A stretch of 64,000 bases of DNA, taken from NCBI GenBank assembly GCA_030704615.1, contig CM060734.1, positions 60,760,001-60,824,000 on the forward strand, read 5' to 3'. Shown piece by piece: positions 1 through 12,671 of this stretch. Under the pieces are notes generated by a model, which did not search any database, was not told the origin of the DNA, and saw nothing but the letters and a program-made list of their open reading frames with translations. A program made the translations under genes and the position numbers. This stretch comes from Takakia lepidozioides (Eukaryota > Plantae > Bryophyta). Every line of letters begins with the position of its first letter. Within the stretch, counting starts at the first letter, position 1.

Positions 1-293
1 TTCGGTACCAGTCTGCCTGTCAATTCAGACCATCATCCAGACATGCCCATAAATGCATCAGAGACAATTAGATTCCTAGTCTGTGTCGAGGACTCCAAAG
101 CAGGAGACTTACAATACCTTTATGTTTCACCTAATCTTGTAAGTGGATTCACGAAAGGGATAGCTCAATGCTTCTGCAAATAGCCAGAGGCACATCCAGA
201 ATACAATAACTGAGCCTAGAAATGTGAAGTTCGATTATAGTCATTGATGATCATAGATTGGTAGCACTCATAAAGTAGAGAGCATGTAAGTAC

Positions 294-1013
294 CTGCTGT
301 TGCTGAGAAACAGCCTGATTCTTATTATAGGCGTCCATTTGCATAGCATCAATGGTTGCCTGACTGGGTAGTGCATTGGCAGGAGAAAGAGAGAGTGTTG
401 GCGCGCAGTCTCCACCAACCACCCGGTCACCTCCACCCTGTGCGTCTCTTTCTCTATCTGCAGTACCCATGCCTCCAACAAATGCACCAAATGCCTGGCT
501 CCCAGCCTCAGCCTCATCTCTCACTACCCCAGCTTTCACTAAGAAATCTTCCAGTGTCATCTCCCCAAAAGTGGCCTCCCGCTGGTGTGGGGCACTGGTG
601 GGTGGGGGCTCCCCTCCAGTGTCAGTCGTGCCATTTTGAATATCTCGCCACACTTCATCAACTGTTTTCCGACGCAGTGTGCGTGGGAGGCTAGCCTGAC
701 GGGGTAACCTGGCACTACCAGCAACTCCACCCTCCCCACTCCCCGCCATGGCCGTTGCCATAGCCTGGCTTTCTTCTGCAGTCCAGATGTTCTTGAGAAA
801 TTCGTCCATATTCATTGATCCAAACGCTTTTCCAGGGTCTGTCATTGCATTCTGAAACTCGTCGAGAGTGAGAGAGTAGATAGATGACTGTCTCGCCAGA
901 GAATTGAACCGGGAGCCCCCACTTGAAAGCGTGGAGGTCGTGCCATTACTAGCATTGGCTGGAACCAGAGGTCGAGCTTGCGACTCTTGTGGGCTCTGCG
1001 ATTGCGAACCCAT
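294..1013 (-). CDS. ABI5: ABI5/ABF/AREB-type group A bZIP transcription factor, first coding exon (remainder lies left of the window)
   Basis: ORF 216..1013 carries the conserved C1 (LARQSSIYSLTLDEFQ, GSMNMDEFLKNIWTAEE), C2 (RQASLPRTLRRKTVDEVW) and C3 (TFGEMTLEDFLVKAGVV) blocks. A phase-0 splice donor CAG|GTACTT at 293 ends a 720-nt exon. The bZIP domain is not in the window, so ABI5 versus ABF orthology is not resolved. Confidence 0.88.
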
Positions 1014-2554
1014 TGCGTCTTGCGCTGGAGGTACAGTGCTTTTTTCAAGGGCTAACGTTCTTCGTGCCGCCCGCTCACGAGCCCGACTACGGGCGTCTGG
1101 GCCTGCCAGCGCTGCTGACTGTTCTTACGGAAGAGAAAGAAGGAGAAGAATGAGCCCTCGGCCGGTTGGTGAACAACAAACATCCAATGGCAAATCGCAG
1201 AGCAAGAAAGTCACCTGGCTCCCAAGAAGTAATCTGGAATCTCCAATTGTACCTCGATCAAGCACATTCTCGCAGCCCTAGAGCATCTCTACTGCGATGA
1301 TCGGCAAAGACTTTACTCCAGGCCTAACGGAATACCATGGTGTCGACACCACTGTTCATCTTCCACCTACAGATCTGGTCTGCCCCTATTAGAGTGCCGC
1401 TCTGTCACGCTGCTCCCTGCTTGTCCTCCAGGGTTGAAAAAACGTCCCCCGCCCAGATCCTTTCTGAAAAGACTGAGAAGTAGAGGGAAAGGAGGACGAG
1501 ATCGTTCGGTCCGCCTGAGTACCAAATTAAAAATCAATGTCAGAGAAGGAAAATTGAGAGTCTCATCTCCCGTTTCCAATATTAGGGTAGACAGAGGGAG
1601 ACCCTCTAACACTTCGGTCAGTATGATTCCCGTAAACACAGTTGGAAAGCCAGAGTCAAGAAGAAAACCTGGCTGACAGAGAGAGCCGGAACACAGTGAT
1701 GAACCAAATTGACCGATCTGAAGGAAGAGATAAAAGAAAAACACATGAAGCCTCACACATTAGGGTGACATGAGAGCTGCTAGAGGAGGGGAAAAAGAAA
1801 AACCAAGAACATGCCAAGAGAAACTACATCTCTTCGACTCTTCGAGCCAATCAAAGAAGAAGAAAAATGCTGATGACAGTGTTCCAAACAGATGCAAGAA
1901 ATGCAAAACTCTCCACAGCGACTCAAACTCAATATGTACAACATTAACACTTTGTATAGTCATCCCCTCAAACAAAACGCCAGGATTTCACGACCAGCCT
2001 ATTTTCTCCCAACCTTCACATTCACAAGCAGAGAAAGTTCCAACCTCAGCAGCAGTGGAAAGAAGCAGGCAGCAGAGGTAGCAGACTCGATGCGGGGGTA
2101 ACCCCCAAGGGAGGGGCTCACCCCTCCCGCACACAAGAGGAGCAGGGGTGTACAAAGAGGAGCGAGGTGGGCCTGCGGGCGAGCTCGCGAGTGAGGCAAG
2201 CTCGTTAGGTGTCGCTGGCTATGGCCGCCACGACGGAGGCCTTCTGGCACCTTCTTCGTCTTCCTCCCTCGCAGCCTCCGCTCGGCCAAACTGCTGGATG
2301 GACGGATGACTGCATTCATTTGTTCACCGCACATCCGCCGCCGGCGCTTGTCCACTTGTGGGGAAAGATCGGCGGATAAGAATGATTCCCCTTTAAAAAT
2401 AAAGATAAATGTTTATTTAATTTGAGAAGAGAATGTTAAGTTTACTTTTTAAATATTTTACTTATTTATTCATTAAATATGATTAATTAAGATTTTATCA
2501 ATAGTGATTTGTATATTATTCCACTATTATAATTTAAATTAATGGATTAAAAAA

Positions 2555-2670
2555 GAAAAAAATAGGGGGATTGTAGCCCTGTGAAACTTTATTAATTAAG
2601 GGTAAGGGAAAAATAACCTTACAAGAGCCATAAGGCAGATGAATGAGGTGCCACTGGGAACCAGTAAACC
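2555..2670 (-). mobile_element. 5'-truncated 3' end of the Dualen-like LINE family
   Basis: ctttattaattaagggtaagggaaaaataaccttacaagagccataaggcagatgaatgaggtgccact closely matches the LINE 3' end at 48393-48420 joined to 49247-49320. Confidence 0.7.
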
Positions 2671-2821
2671 GATTCTTACAAAAAAACAAATAACAAATAA
2701 TCAGGTTGTGTTTTCCACTTTTTTAATTAATTTGTTTTCGGGCTCCCTCTTTTTTCCAAAAATAGTAATAGAAATTAATAACTCTTTCTCTCCTAGGCTT
2801 TTCTCTCAAAAATTAAAAGAA

Positions 2822-3010
2822 TCACCAACAGTCAGTTGGTTAGTGCACTGAGTGCCACCCATATGATTATGGGGTTAAATTTTGCTACTTGATGGGTGTG
2901 GTATACTCTTTTCCCCCTTCCCTCGGCGGTGTCCCATTTCTACGCCTCCACAGTGCCGTTACTGTGAAAGAGGTTATTTTCTCCTCTCACTATTAAGGGG
3001 CCTGATTTGG
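2822..3010 (+). mobile_element. tRNA-derived SINE
   Basis: Degenerate A/B-box head; body similar to the copies at 20890-21115 and 37730-37965 (tcttctcccccttccct, gaggttattt, ggggcctgatttg). Confidence 0.7.
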
Positions 3011-4384
3011 ACTAGAGAACGGGCCGTGGTTTACCGATTATGGCATCCCGCGAGGCCCTAAGGGCGAGCCTGGGGCCAGTGGGATGCCATAATAGGCAGA
3101 CCCGACCTGTGTTATTGTACGGGGCTGCATATTCTGTGTAGGTATATGTATACATATACTCATACCCCCGACTGATTTTTGTCCCCGCGCCTTTTTGTAA
3201 AGTTTCCAGGGCCGCTTTCCTTGTTTATTTTTATAAAAAAACACCAACCCTGTTATTAAACGGATTGTGGGAAGGTCTGAGCACCCATCTTATTCAAGAA
3301 GTGTGCCAAGATGGTCATCTTACAAATAAAAACTCATCCCCATTTATAAGACAATAATAATCATCATTTTTTAATATATATTTTTTATAAGGAAAGGCGG
3401 TGCCCATCATATAACTCCACCTTGGTTGCACCCTTAGTGATGAAAAATAATAGATGAAACCAATGAAAATTTATAAGGTTGCATAAGTACTTAACCTTTC
3501 CAATTCATTATGAAGAATAGAATGAGCCATTACACGACGAATGTAATGAACGAGCCGCTTGTTTGTTTCAAAAAGTTGTGACTTATCTCATTTGGAAAGA
3601 TCTCTAGGTTGGTAAGATTCCTATATTTAGAGAACAATATGATTATTTTTTCTTCTTTTTTTCCTTTTTATTAATTACTATTCATACAAACTCTCTAGAG
3701 AAAAATGAAATATTTTATCTAAATGCGTGCAACACAGCATTTGTTTGCTCCGAGATTTTCAATCAAGTACACTCTGGGCATCATTTTCATATATATATGC
3801 TTCATAGTAGTACTCTCAGCATGCCAAGTACATCCCACTACCCATATGATACCCATTATTGAGCAGTATTGATGCTAATTTATGATCCATTCAACTAAAG
3901 ACTCTACACACTCTCTCTCTAACCATAGCTAGAAATGTTCAATATTGATTTGAAATTTGCCACTGTCCCCTCTTTGTTAAAATTTATTTTAGAAAACCAA
4001 AATTGAATAATATTAGTTGTTTCCACTTTTTCTAAATTCACAAATCAATGCCCAACATGCAGTGCTTATTATGCTCAAGCCTCAACTTATTATTTGTTTC
4101 CTTGCATATTATTACCTCATCTATTATTTGGTGTACAACAACTTGAGGCCAAACAAGAACCACTATAAGAACAAGCGGCTCCTCCTTGGGAATAGTCAAA
4201 TCTACTTTCATCCCTGATAAACTTGAAGATTCATCCATTTATTTCTCATAAGTTGTGTTCTTGGAGATCAAGGCACATCATGGATCTAGTTTTCAGCAAA
4301 AGAGAGGAGGTCACAACTGGGGAAGGGATTTAACTTTTTTTTTGACAGGGATGTGTAGTCTATCTATCTATTTAGCATATGAAC

Positions 4385-4610
4385 GAGTGGCACATGGGCT
4401 GGTAGCTCGGCTGGTAAGTACACAATGTGTCACCTTAGTGGTTCGGGGTTCAAACCCGTTGCCCTGCTCCGTGTGTAGACTGCTGGTGGCTGTCCGTCTG
4501 GGTGTTGTTCGAGGTCTTATAGCCCATAAATGATAGGGGGTTAATTTTCCCCCCTCCTCCAGGGCCTGATTTGTGGGCTGTCACTTCCAGGTTTCCAGAA
4601 GCGAAATAAA
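4385..4610 (+). mobile_element. tRNA-derived SINE (related subfamily)
   Basis: gtagctcggctggtaag A-box, ggggttcaaacc B-box, and the 3' tail gggcctgatttgtgggctgtcacttccagg shared with the other SINEs. Confidence 0.6.
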
Positions 4611-5729
4611 GGAGCCACTAAAATGGAAGTGAAAGTAGGGTATTGGAGATTGTCATTTGATTTTATAAGCAAATATCTACTACAAAATGTCATCGTTCAC
4701 CTTCACAAGGATATGATAAGAAACAAAGATACTATAGATGATCACATAAGCAACGCTTATTGAAAATACACAATATGAAGGGTAGATTAAGAAATTCTCT
4801 GTGAAATAAAAGTTTCAAATCAAAAAAATTATGAAAATAATAGAAAACAGGAAATGTAAGCAAGAAAATAGTATTATTGACATAAAATGGAAGCATGTCA
4901 CGCGGTGGTATCCCCGCTGTAAGCCTTCATGCCCCAAGTGGTTTTTTTTTTCACTTTTCTTAAACATATTTCCAGGGCCTCTGTTCCTGCTTATAAAGTT
5001 AAAAAAAAACAGAAAAAAGAAAAGAAAATTGGAAGCACATTGCACAACAGGCCGCTGTGGCCAGCTGGTAGACATGCTATGCATCGGCCGCATATGGGTC
5101 TTAGGGTTCAAACCTTCAAACCAGTATGTGATGTCTCTCTCCGCCTTCTAACTACCAGTTGCCTTCATGACCCCAAGAGGGGCCCATTACATTCCCCCTC
5201 AAAGCCCAGCTGGAGCTGATAATTTTCTAGGAAAATCAAATAAAGAAATGAAAGTCTCAAAAAGTAAATTTGCAGCTTCATGTTTGTTCATATTTGGATC
5301 ATTGTTCCATAGATAAGGTTTGCATGGGATCCTAAATGATCTAATTGAGACTATGATAGCCTGAACAAAATAAGCTATACAGATTAGAAAAATTCAGCAT
5401 CGATTATCAATATATGAAGCGAGACGTTTGTTTTGTTTTGTTTTGTAGATTTGAGATGTCCCAAACCGCAAGGCCCCAGCGCCGGTGCTTGGTGCCGTTG
5501 GAAAGCCCTCGACGAGGAGGGGTGCACCGGCTTGGTCTCATGATTTTTGGACATGCGGTGTGGGAGATGGGGAATTCCAAGTGCTTTTGGTCGCTGGAAA
5601 TTCACAAAAAATAGCAAAAATGTCAAAGTGGGCATTCCTGGGACAATGGTTGGAGCCTCGACGGGAGAGATATCAAGGGAAAGGTCTCGGGTTCAAATCT
5701 GGTCGTGGGCTCTGTGGAAAAAAACTTAC

Positions 5730-6415
5730 TTAGATAACATTGGACACTTGGCCCAACAGCAAAGGCTACCCTAGAGGTTGCATTTGGGCCTCGACATAGG
5801 AGACTCACTTTGATACATAGGGGATTGCACTTGGACTTAGATGACACCGGATACTTGGGCCAATGGTAGAGGCTACCTTAGGGCCTAGAGGTTGCACTTG
5901 GGCCTCGACATAGGAGACGCACTTGGATATAGAGGGAATTGCATTGGATACATAGGAGATTGGACTTGCGCTTATATGACAGTAGACAATTGGGGCTCTA
6001 CATGAGAGATGCACTTGGATACATGAATAAAAGATTGCACTTGGGCTTAGATGGGCCTCAACATAGGAGACGCACTTGGATACATAGGGGATTGCACTTG
6101 GGCTTAGATGACACTTGACACTTGGGCCAACGGCACAGGCTACCCTATATGAATAATGATTGGATATATTACTACTCGATAAATTCAAGGAAAAAAATAA
6201 ATTGGGCCTTGACATGGGAGACGTACTTGATACATAGGAGATTGCACTTCAGCTTAGATAACGACACGTGGGCCTCTACATGGGAGATGCACTTGGATAC
6301 ATGAATAAAAGATTGCACTTGGGTTTAGACTTCAATTCTTAACACATAGGCTTCAACATAGGAGACGCACTAGGACTTAGATGACACTGGACACTTGGGC
6401 CCACAGGCTACCCTA
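5730..6415. repeat. Degenerate tandem repeat (satellite-like) built from ~20-nt GCACTTGG(A/G)...ACATAGGAGA modules
   Basis: Many gcacttgg and acataggag motifs; a longer block recurs at ~5995-6047 and ~6274-6325. Confidence 0.8.
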
Positions 6416-6420
6416 GTTAA

Positions 6421-7576
6421 CTCCTAAAGGACGCTGCAACCCGAATAAGGTCGCGTGAGATTTTTGCGACATTCCAGCTTTCATGGATGACAGTGGATGG
6501 AAGTGAATCTTAAAGATAAATTGTAAAGGTTCGGGAGGAGCAATTTAAAAATAGTAAAAGCTCTGTCTCTAGAATTTTCCCAAAGTGGGGGCTCGGAACA
6601 TAGCATGTAGCAGAAGGAGCAGCCACGTGGTGGAATAGCCTCTCATGAAAGCAATTTCTATTTAATAATCAATACTGACTCTGCTGCCACGGACTCCCCT
6701 ACGATTCCAGCATGACCTCCTAATTTATAGGGTTTCTTGGAGTTTGTATCATGGACTGGCCAGCAGAAAATGTGTGCGTTAACGCACACTTTTCTGCTGA
6801 CCCAGTTCCTTCCTTCACTCTTTTCTCCAAGTAGTAAACATATTCAAAGCAGGCAAAAGAAAACACAAAAGAAAATGACAGTGTGCCTCCACTGCCTCCA
6901 GTTTAGAGTTCAAATAATGCTGACTTTGCTGCCACGGACTCCCCTACGATAGCTGCCCATGTGGTAGGCCAAATGGGCAATGCTGTAGATAACATCTAGG
7001 GCTGAAAAAATTATCATTAGGACAAGTCACTATGAAAGGTTAATGTGCACTTACTTACCAAAGGAATTAGAAAACAAATGTCACCTCATGGGTGCACTTG
7101 GGAGAGAAGTCAAAACATGATAATTTATCCCCTAGATTTCTCATACAAAGCAACTGATCTCAATTTTAGGAATTTTGGTCTGATTTTTTGGTCCTTTAGG
7201 TGCCATAGAATCAAATTATGGAGAGGTTTGTGTTGGGAAAATTCAACTCGATACTTGCATATTGTGGTCAAAACATTTTTTCATGCACTTTTGGAATACA
7301 TTTACAAATTGGGGCAAATAATTTTTTTCATGTAAAAAAAAATGAAACACCTAGGAGCGAAATTATTCTGTTATAATCTCCCAAATGCAATGGTCAAATT
7401 ACCTACACTTTTAATGTTCAAGATATGGATGTCTACAAGAGTGTAGGTAATGTGATATCACATTAGTATAAGGTTCATCCCCATGGATGATTGGGGGTAA
7501 AAAGTTACACCCTCATCCATGAGAGTACGCAGCAGTGTTTTTAGTGGGCCACCAAAAGGGTGCTCGTAGTTAAGGG
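6421..7576. mobile_element. piggyBac-like non-autonomous element (degenerate TIRs)
   Basis: Flanked by TTAA at 6417-6420 and 7577-7580. Left end CTCCTAAAGGACG; right end reverse complement CCCTTAACTACGAG. The right subterminal region resembles that of 48421-49242. Confidence 0.55.
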
Positions 7577-8016
7577 TTAATCAAAGTCTTTGAGCATCCG
7601 GTTTAGTTTAATTTATGGTTTGAGAAGCACCTATACCTATATGATCCGGTTATATACGAGCTATGGGTATATGTTTGTCATATACCCTTAAGGATACTAG
7701 GGTATTATCCGGGTATCATATGTGGGTGAATCCGGGTATGTACAAATCCTTACTTGGATATACCCGCCGGCCGGGTATATCATGGTAGTTGTTGATACCC
7801 ACACAACTCTGGTATAAGACTCATATCACTTTCCCCAATTCCATTGACAGTGGTTCAGAGGTTGCCAAATTGGCTTTATGCATCTAGGGATTAAATCGGG
7901 CACAAATTATGTATTTAAATTATGGTTAGCGGGCTTTGAATTTTTTCGACAATTTTTTATTTGGATTTATATATTTGAACTTGGGGTATGGTGTTCCAGC
8001 AGGTGAAAATATGTAT

Positions 8017-8131
8017 AGGGGAAAGCCCTGAGTGGAGGGCATTCCTGGATTTAAGGGCCCCAAGCCGAGGGCGGCAGCCCGAGGCGCGGGCCCAAAAATC
8101 CAAGAACGCCCGACACGAGGGGCTTTCCCCT
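8017..8131. repeat. Long imperfect GC-rich hairpin, candidate terminus of the adjacent Crypton-like element
   Basis: aggggaaagccc...gggctttcccct outer arms with nested pairing (ggattt/aaatcc, gggccc) around ccgagggcggcagcccgagg. Confidence 0.5.
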
Positions 8132-9452
8132 GCGTAAAGAAATGGAAGTTGATTTCTTTTTTTTTCCATGATTCTAGCTACTAGTTTCCAAGACCTGACA
8201 TTTTCTGTATGCTTCATGTGTTTTCGTTGCTCTGTTTCTGTCTTTTGGTGCATCTTCCGTGTTGTCTGTGCTCGGTGTTCGCGATGGAAAGTAATTGTGA
8301 GGGTGTGGAATTGAAGAAACGTTGGTGTCAAGGTGGTAAAACTAAGTGGATTCAGTGCACAGGTGAAGCTGAGGCGCCTGAATTCACATTAGGTGTGGAC
8401 TTATCAGATGTTCCTGAATCAGAGGCTCTGGATCGGAAATTCTCAATTCATGGGAATTCTATTGATGTGTACACTTCAAAAGACGTTCATGCGACATTTT
8501 TTTTCGCGGAACAATGTGTTGATCAAATTTCCCTCCACTGAATTCAGCTCAGGTGAAATTAGAGCATACTGAGGTCAAAGAGCATGATGTGGTTCAAGAA
8601 CCCGTGCATGTATAATTACCTTGCGCTCAGGTGGAATTTATGGGTGCTAAGGCCGAAATACCAGCTGAAGTACCAAATATTGGAATAGCATATTGTCCAT
8701 GGATAACAGATTGTTTTGATTCTAGTTCTGAAGAATAAGACGAACAAGAGGAAGAGAAAGTCGGGGTTCCTGGGTCGTTGCAGCCTACAGTGTCCATTTC
8801 TGGCTGTCACAGCACAATTTTTCCTACACATAGACTGATGGTATACATTCACACTCTTCAATTGGATGGAATATTTGAATAAAGGACTCTAAAGGATAAT
8901 ATGCACTAGAGGCTTCACCCACTCTTTCAAGTTTCCTTTCAAAATACTAAGTATATTGAAAGTTAAGGACTTTTTAAAAAGTCCTTAGTAAAATGTCATA
9001 GTCCATAATATGATGATTATGTACTTTGTTCTTGGTCAATTTCCAATGCCACTATAAAAAAGGACTCACATTATGATCACCCCCATTTTGAGGAATCTAG
9101 AATGCCTTATCTTACACTAAAATATGTAATCCATAAAATGTTAGGGACTTTTGAAGAGCATAGAAATTAGTTATTTTTGTATTAAGGTTTACTATATGAA
9201 AAACATAGATTTACAAGAACTGCCTTCACAAAAACACGCATTTCCCATAGGCTGAGGGCATCGATGAATTAGATTTGAGAATTTTGTTATTTTTAGTTTG
9301 GTTTAATTTTAATTTAGTTTATTTTTATTTTTATTTTTTATTTTTTAAAAGCCCGCCCATATTTTTTTGACACTGTACTTTTGGCCGACGGTCTGGATTG
9401 ACTTCATCCGACGGTCCAAAAATTTTATTTTTCAAAACTCGTGCCAGCTTAA

Positions 9453-10015
9453 CCCCTAAACGCCCGCCAGCCCAAAACTGGCCATTTTCTGGGCTCAAAC
9501 AGGTGTAGCAGTTTTAGGCCGATTTTGATTTTTTTTTGTTGGGTGGGGCTTTTTTTGGCGGGATTCTGATTGCGGCTGCTCCCGCCTCTTTGTTTTCCTG
9601 TGCATAGCTCACAAAAAGAGTATCTCATACCCCCTGCACTTTGATCAAGTCCCTGCACCTGCGGGCTCCAATTCTGGTGATTTTGGGCTTGTTGGAACAA
9701 GAGAAACACGGGGAACATCTTTTGGGGTACAACAGGCTAAGCCAATGCCATCCCGACATGCCAAATCTTGCAAATCTCCATTTTCTTTATTTTGTTTTTG
9801 CAAAAAATCCCAAAAATGGGCCCCACTCGCAACGGTGGGGTTTTTGCAGTTTGTCTGATTGGCTCGAATTTTGGGCAGGACCTGCCAGGGGTAGGTGGCA
9901 ACATATTCTCCAGTTGTTTTTGCAGATGCATTTTTTTCAAAAAATTACGCTCGTTTTCTTGGCTGGGGATCAATTTTTTGGGAAAAGTCAACGGAGGCCT
10001 GCGGGCGTTTAGGGG
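9453..10015. mobile_element. piggyBac-like MITE (563 bp)
   Basis: Perfect 15-bp TIR CCCCTAAACGCCCGC; TTAA directly outside both ends (9449-9452, 10016-10019). Confidence 0.85.
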
Positions 10016-10679
10016 TTAAGGACATCTCATATACTCATGATCGTGTCGCATTATGGACACTCTAGGCTGCAATCACCCTCCTGAAACTAAACGTCGTCAT
10101 AGGTCGAACAATTTCTCATCAAGGACATCATACAGTCGATCCAGGCGGATGTTGGAATAGTAAGCATGTGGATGGGTGGGCACAAAAAACATTCGCCAAT
10201 CGGTGTGCAGAGAAAGGATATGATACTACAATGGCAGTGGAATTGTCCGAGCAAGATGATATTAGGGGATTTGTGGACACGCTTTCAATGTTTATCCTTG
10301 AGGCAAATAAGATGGACGACAATATGTATCTGCTCCACCATTGCAATCCTTCATGCAAGGACTTGGACGTATAATTCGAGCTAGGTACAATCTCGGATCG
10401 ATTGAAACCAACAAACCTAAGCAAAAGTTCAATATCTTCATGGATGTGCGCTATTAGAAAGCTAAAATTGCTGAAGATGAGGCTGTCATCCGCTCATTTG
10501 TTGCTGGATTGGGAAAACGGATTAAGAATTCGGACAGTCTCACACTATGGATAATGAGGATGTTTTAGTTCTCGCTCAACCTATGTGTCTGACAGATTCT
10601 CCTAGTGGCTTGAACTACCGCTTTGTGTATTGCACACGAACATTACACCGTTCGGGCGGGGGGGGGGGGGGGGAGGGTG

Positions 10680-11030
10680 GGGTGTTTAGCGACGCCCTCG
10701 GCGTCGCTATTCGTCTATTTTCGGGCCCGCGAAAATCGCAAATCTGCGACGCCGGAACGTCGCTGTGAGGGTGTCGCAGATACATGACTTAAGGCGACAC
10801 TGGTGGGAGGTCGCACATCCACCCCCCTGAAAATCCCCTCTAGCAAAGCCCTAAGCGTCGCAATGATTGCGACATCCGGGACGTCGCCATAGCGATACAA
10901 AAGCACAAAAAACAAAAAAAACAAAAAACGTCGTTTTTAAAAGCGATGTCCCTGGGGGTCACTTTTTGAGGTTTTCTTGAATTTTGAATTTTAAAAAATG
11001 GCGGGATCCACACGGTTCAAAAAATAGCGG
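10680..11030. mobile_element. Left-end fragment of a GCGACG-rich DNA transposon (possibly Harbinger-like)
   Basis: ggggtgtttagcgacgcc start with repeated gcgac/gtcgc subterminal motifs; same family as 17030-18123. Confidence 0.45.
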
Positions 11031-12310
11031 GACACATACTTGTTACGTGGTGGCAACATCCAATTAATGTCAAACCTAACCCATGAGCATGTGTTTACAA
11101 GTAATTGACACATATCGAGTTCCTAAATCATTCAACGTGTTGTTAGACAAATTTGAACTCTAGACCTCTAGATTATACACATAGTAAGACACTTCACACT
11201 AACCAACATATCAGTTACAAAACTTACACACAAATATGTGATTTAATTGTACATAAGGTAGTTCATGCAGACATCGGTTGCTTGTTGGGATCTCAAAATG
11301 ACATTCCTCGCGTCACTTAAATGTAAGCGACGTCTTTGGCACCGCCTTTTCTGTACCATCTACTGCAGAAACCCACTCCAGACAAGTGTAACGCAGGATG
11401 GTAGCAACCTGCTGCCCATCTGGTTTTTTGGTAATAAATGATTTCATTCTATGTTCCTCACGCCGTTGCCAAAGTGGTCAAGAACTGATTGCGTTTGGTT
11501 TTCAAGGGACCTAAAAATCGGTGGTTTAGTTTTGTTCTTGAGCTCTATACCCGGACTGGAACTTCACACATGAAACCTACATAAGTGCAACATTTTGGCA
11601 TATGTGTATGCACATGATCTCACCGTAAAAAGTGTGCTACTAAAGGTTTTGGATACACATTCTCATGCACAAGCCTAAGTAATAAAATTCTCTCGATGCC
11701 ATCTGCACCTGAGGAGAAGTTGAAAGTGCCATCAAAACCCTCCAGGGTGATTGTCACTGATGCAGCCAAGAGATTCGACGCCGTTTCTTATATAGGCCCG
11801 GAGGATCAATCAATGGCACCGTTACACTCACTTTAGTGCAACTTCAGTGCAGCTGGTAAGAAAGGCCTCACTGCCCGTGAAGCTGTTGCCAGGATTATTG
11901 AAGAAGGCATGTCTGGCTTGACCGATGGAAGTGGAAGACGAAGTGTACAAGTCGCTAAGGCAATTCGCAACTGCTCAGATTTTATACAAGGCGAGGTGGG
12001 AGGTATTTCTTAAGCAAAACAATCCTCAACTTTCTACGTCGAGCGAAATTGGAAATCTTTGTAGACTGTCCGGAGCAGTGAAACTTCTGTTATGCTTTAA
12101 GTCAAATTGCAAGGCAGAAGGCGCCTCTGCACAGATCTTGTGACCAGAGCACGTGGCATTCTTCGGCTGATAGAGGTACTTTGGATGACCTCGTTCAACG
12201 CAAGAAGAGGGGCCATGAGAGTGTTTTTGTAGACGTCAGCAAACATGTTGTCAGTGGACCTCATGAGGTTGTGGAGGCTAGCTCCAAGGATAAGTAATAC
12301 ACATGGGTAG

Positions 12311-12671
12311 GTTTGCCCATCTTCTCCAAGCCACAGCGAGATAAAGAAATAACAGATTCTGGTAGAACTCAGTGTACACGAGATGATGGAAAAGGCTGGA
12401 AATGCACGTGGCCAGCGGAAGCCCACTTTTCACTGTGCTCGCACCATCGCTACCTGATTTGCAGGAATGAACTTCGCAGAAAAATCACGCAGGCCAAACC
12501 AACAAAGCAGCGACCCAGGGTCGAAGTCCCCCTATCTAAGACAGGAGCTATCATGGCAGGTTGTGACTCGAAATCAGCGGCACAAATTACTACAACTTAT
12601 ATTTTAAGGGTTGCACCACATAAATGTCGCAAGACTGTGAAATCAAGGTCTTTGTAATCGCTGTTATGTTG
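12311..12671 (+). pseudogene. WRC zinc-finger domain exon with a premature stop inside the conserved C-terminal motif
   Basis: CTRDDGKGWKC...SLCSHH fits the WRC C3H pattern. The end reads RKTVKSRSL*SLL, where plant WRC proteins have RKPVKARSLKSL. Putative acceptor TAG| at 12310. Confidence 0.7.

Larger units (their letters stand above)
8270..12000 (+). pseudogene. Crypton/DUF3504-type tyrosine-recombinase-related sequence, copy 1 (frameshifted, interrupted by insertions)
   Basis: 10168-10400 WAQKTFANRC...FVDTLSMFILEANKMDDNMY, then after a frameshift LQSFMQGLGRIIR. 10530-10655 KNSDSLTMDNEDVLV...DSPSGLNYRFVY...YTVR. 11445-11510 HSMFLTPLPKWSRTDCVWFSRDL, paralogous to 18388-18452. Confidence 0.55.

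Noticed and set aside
904-2355. ORFs upstream of the bZIP gene (904..1281, 1367..1756, 1999..2355)
   Set aside because: No recognisable domains; the region looks like 5' UTR exons and introns of the bZIP gene
5730-6415. Short repeats with variable spacers resembling a CRISPR array
   Set aside because: The spacers are themselves repetitive, the repeats are degenerate, no cas genes are present and the context is eukaryotic; this is a satellite-like repeat
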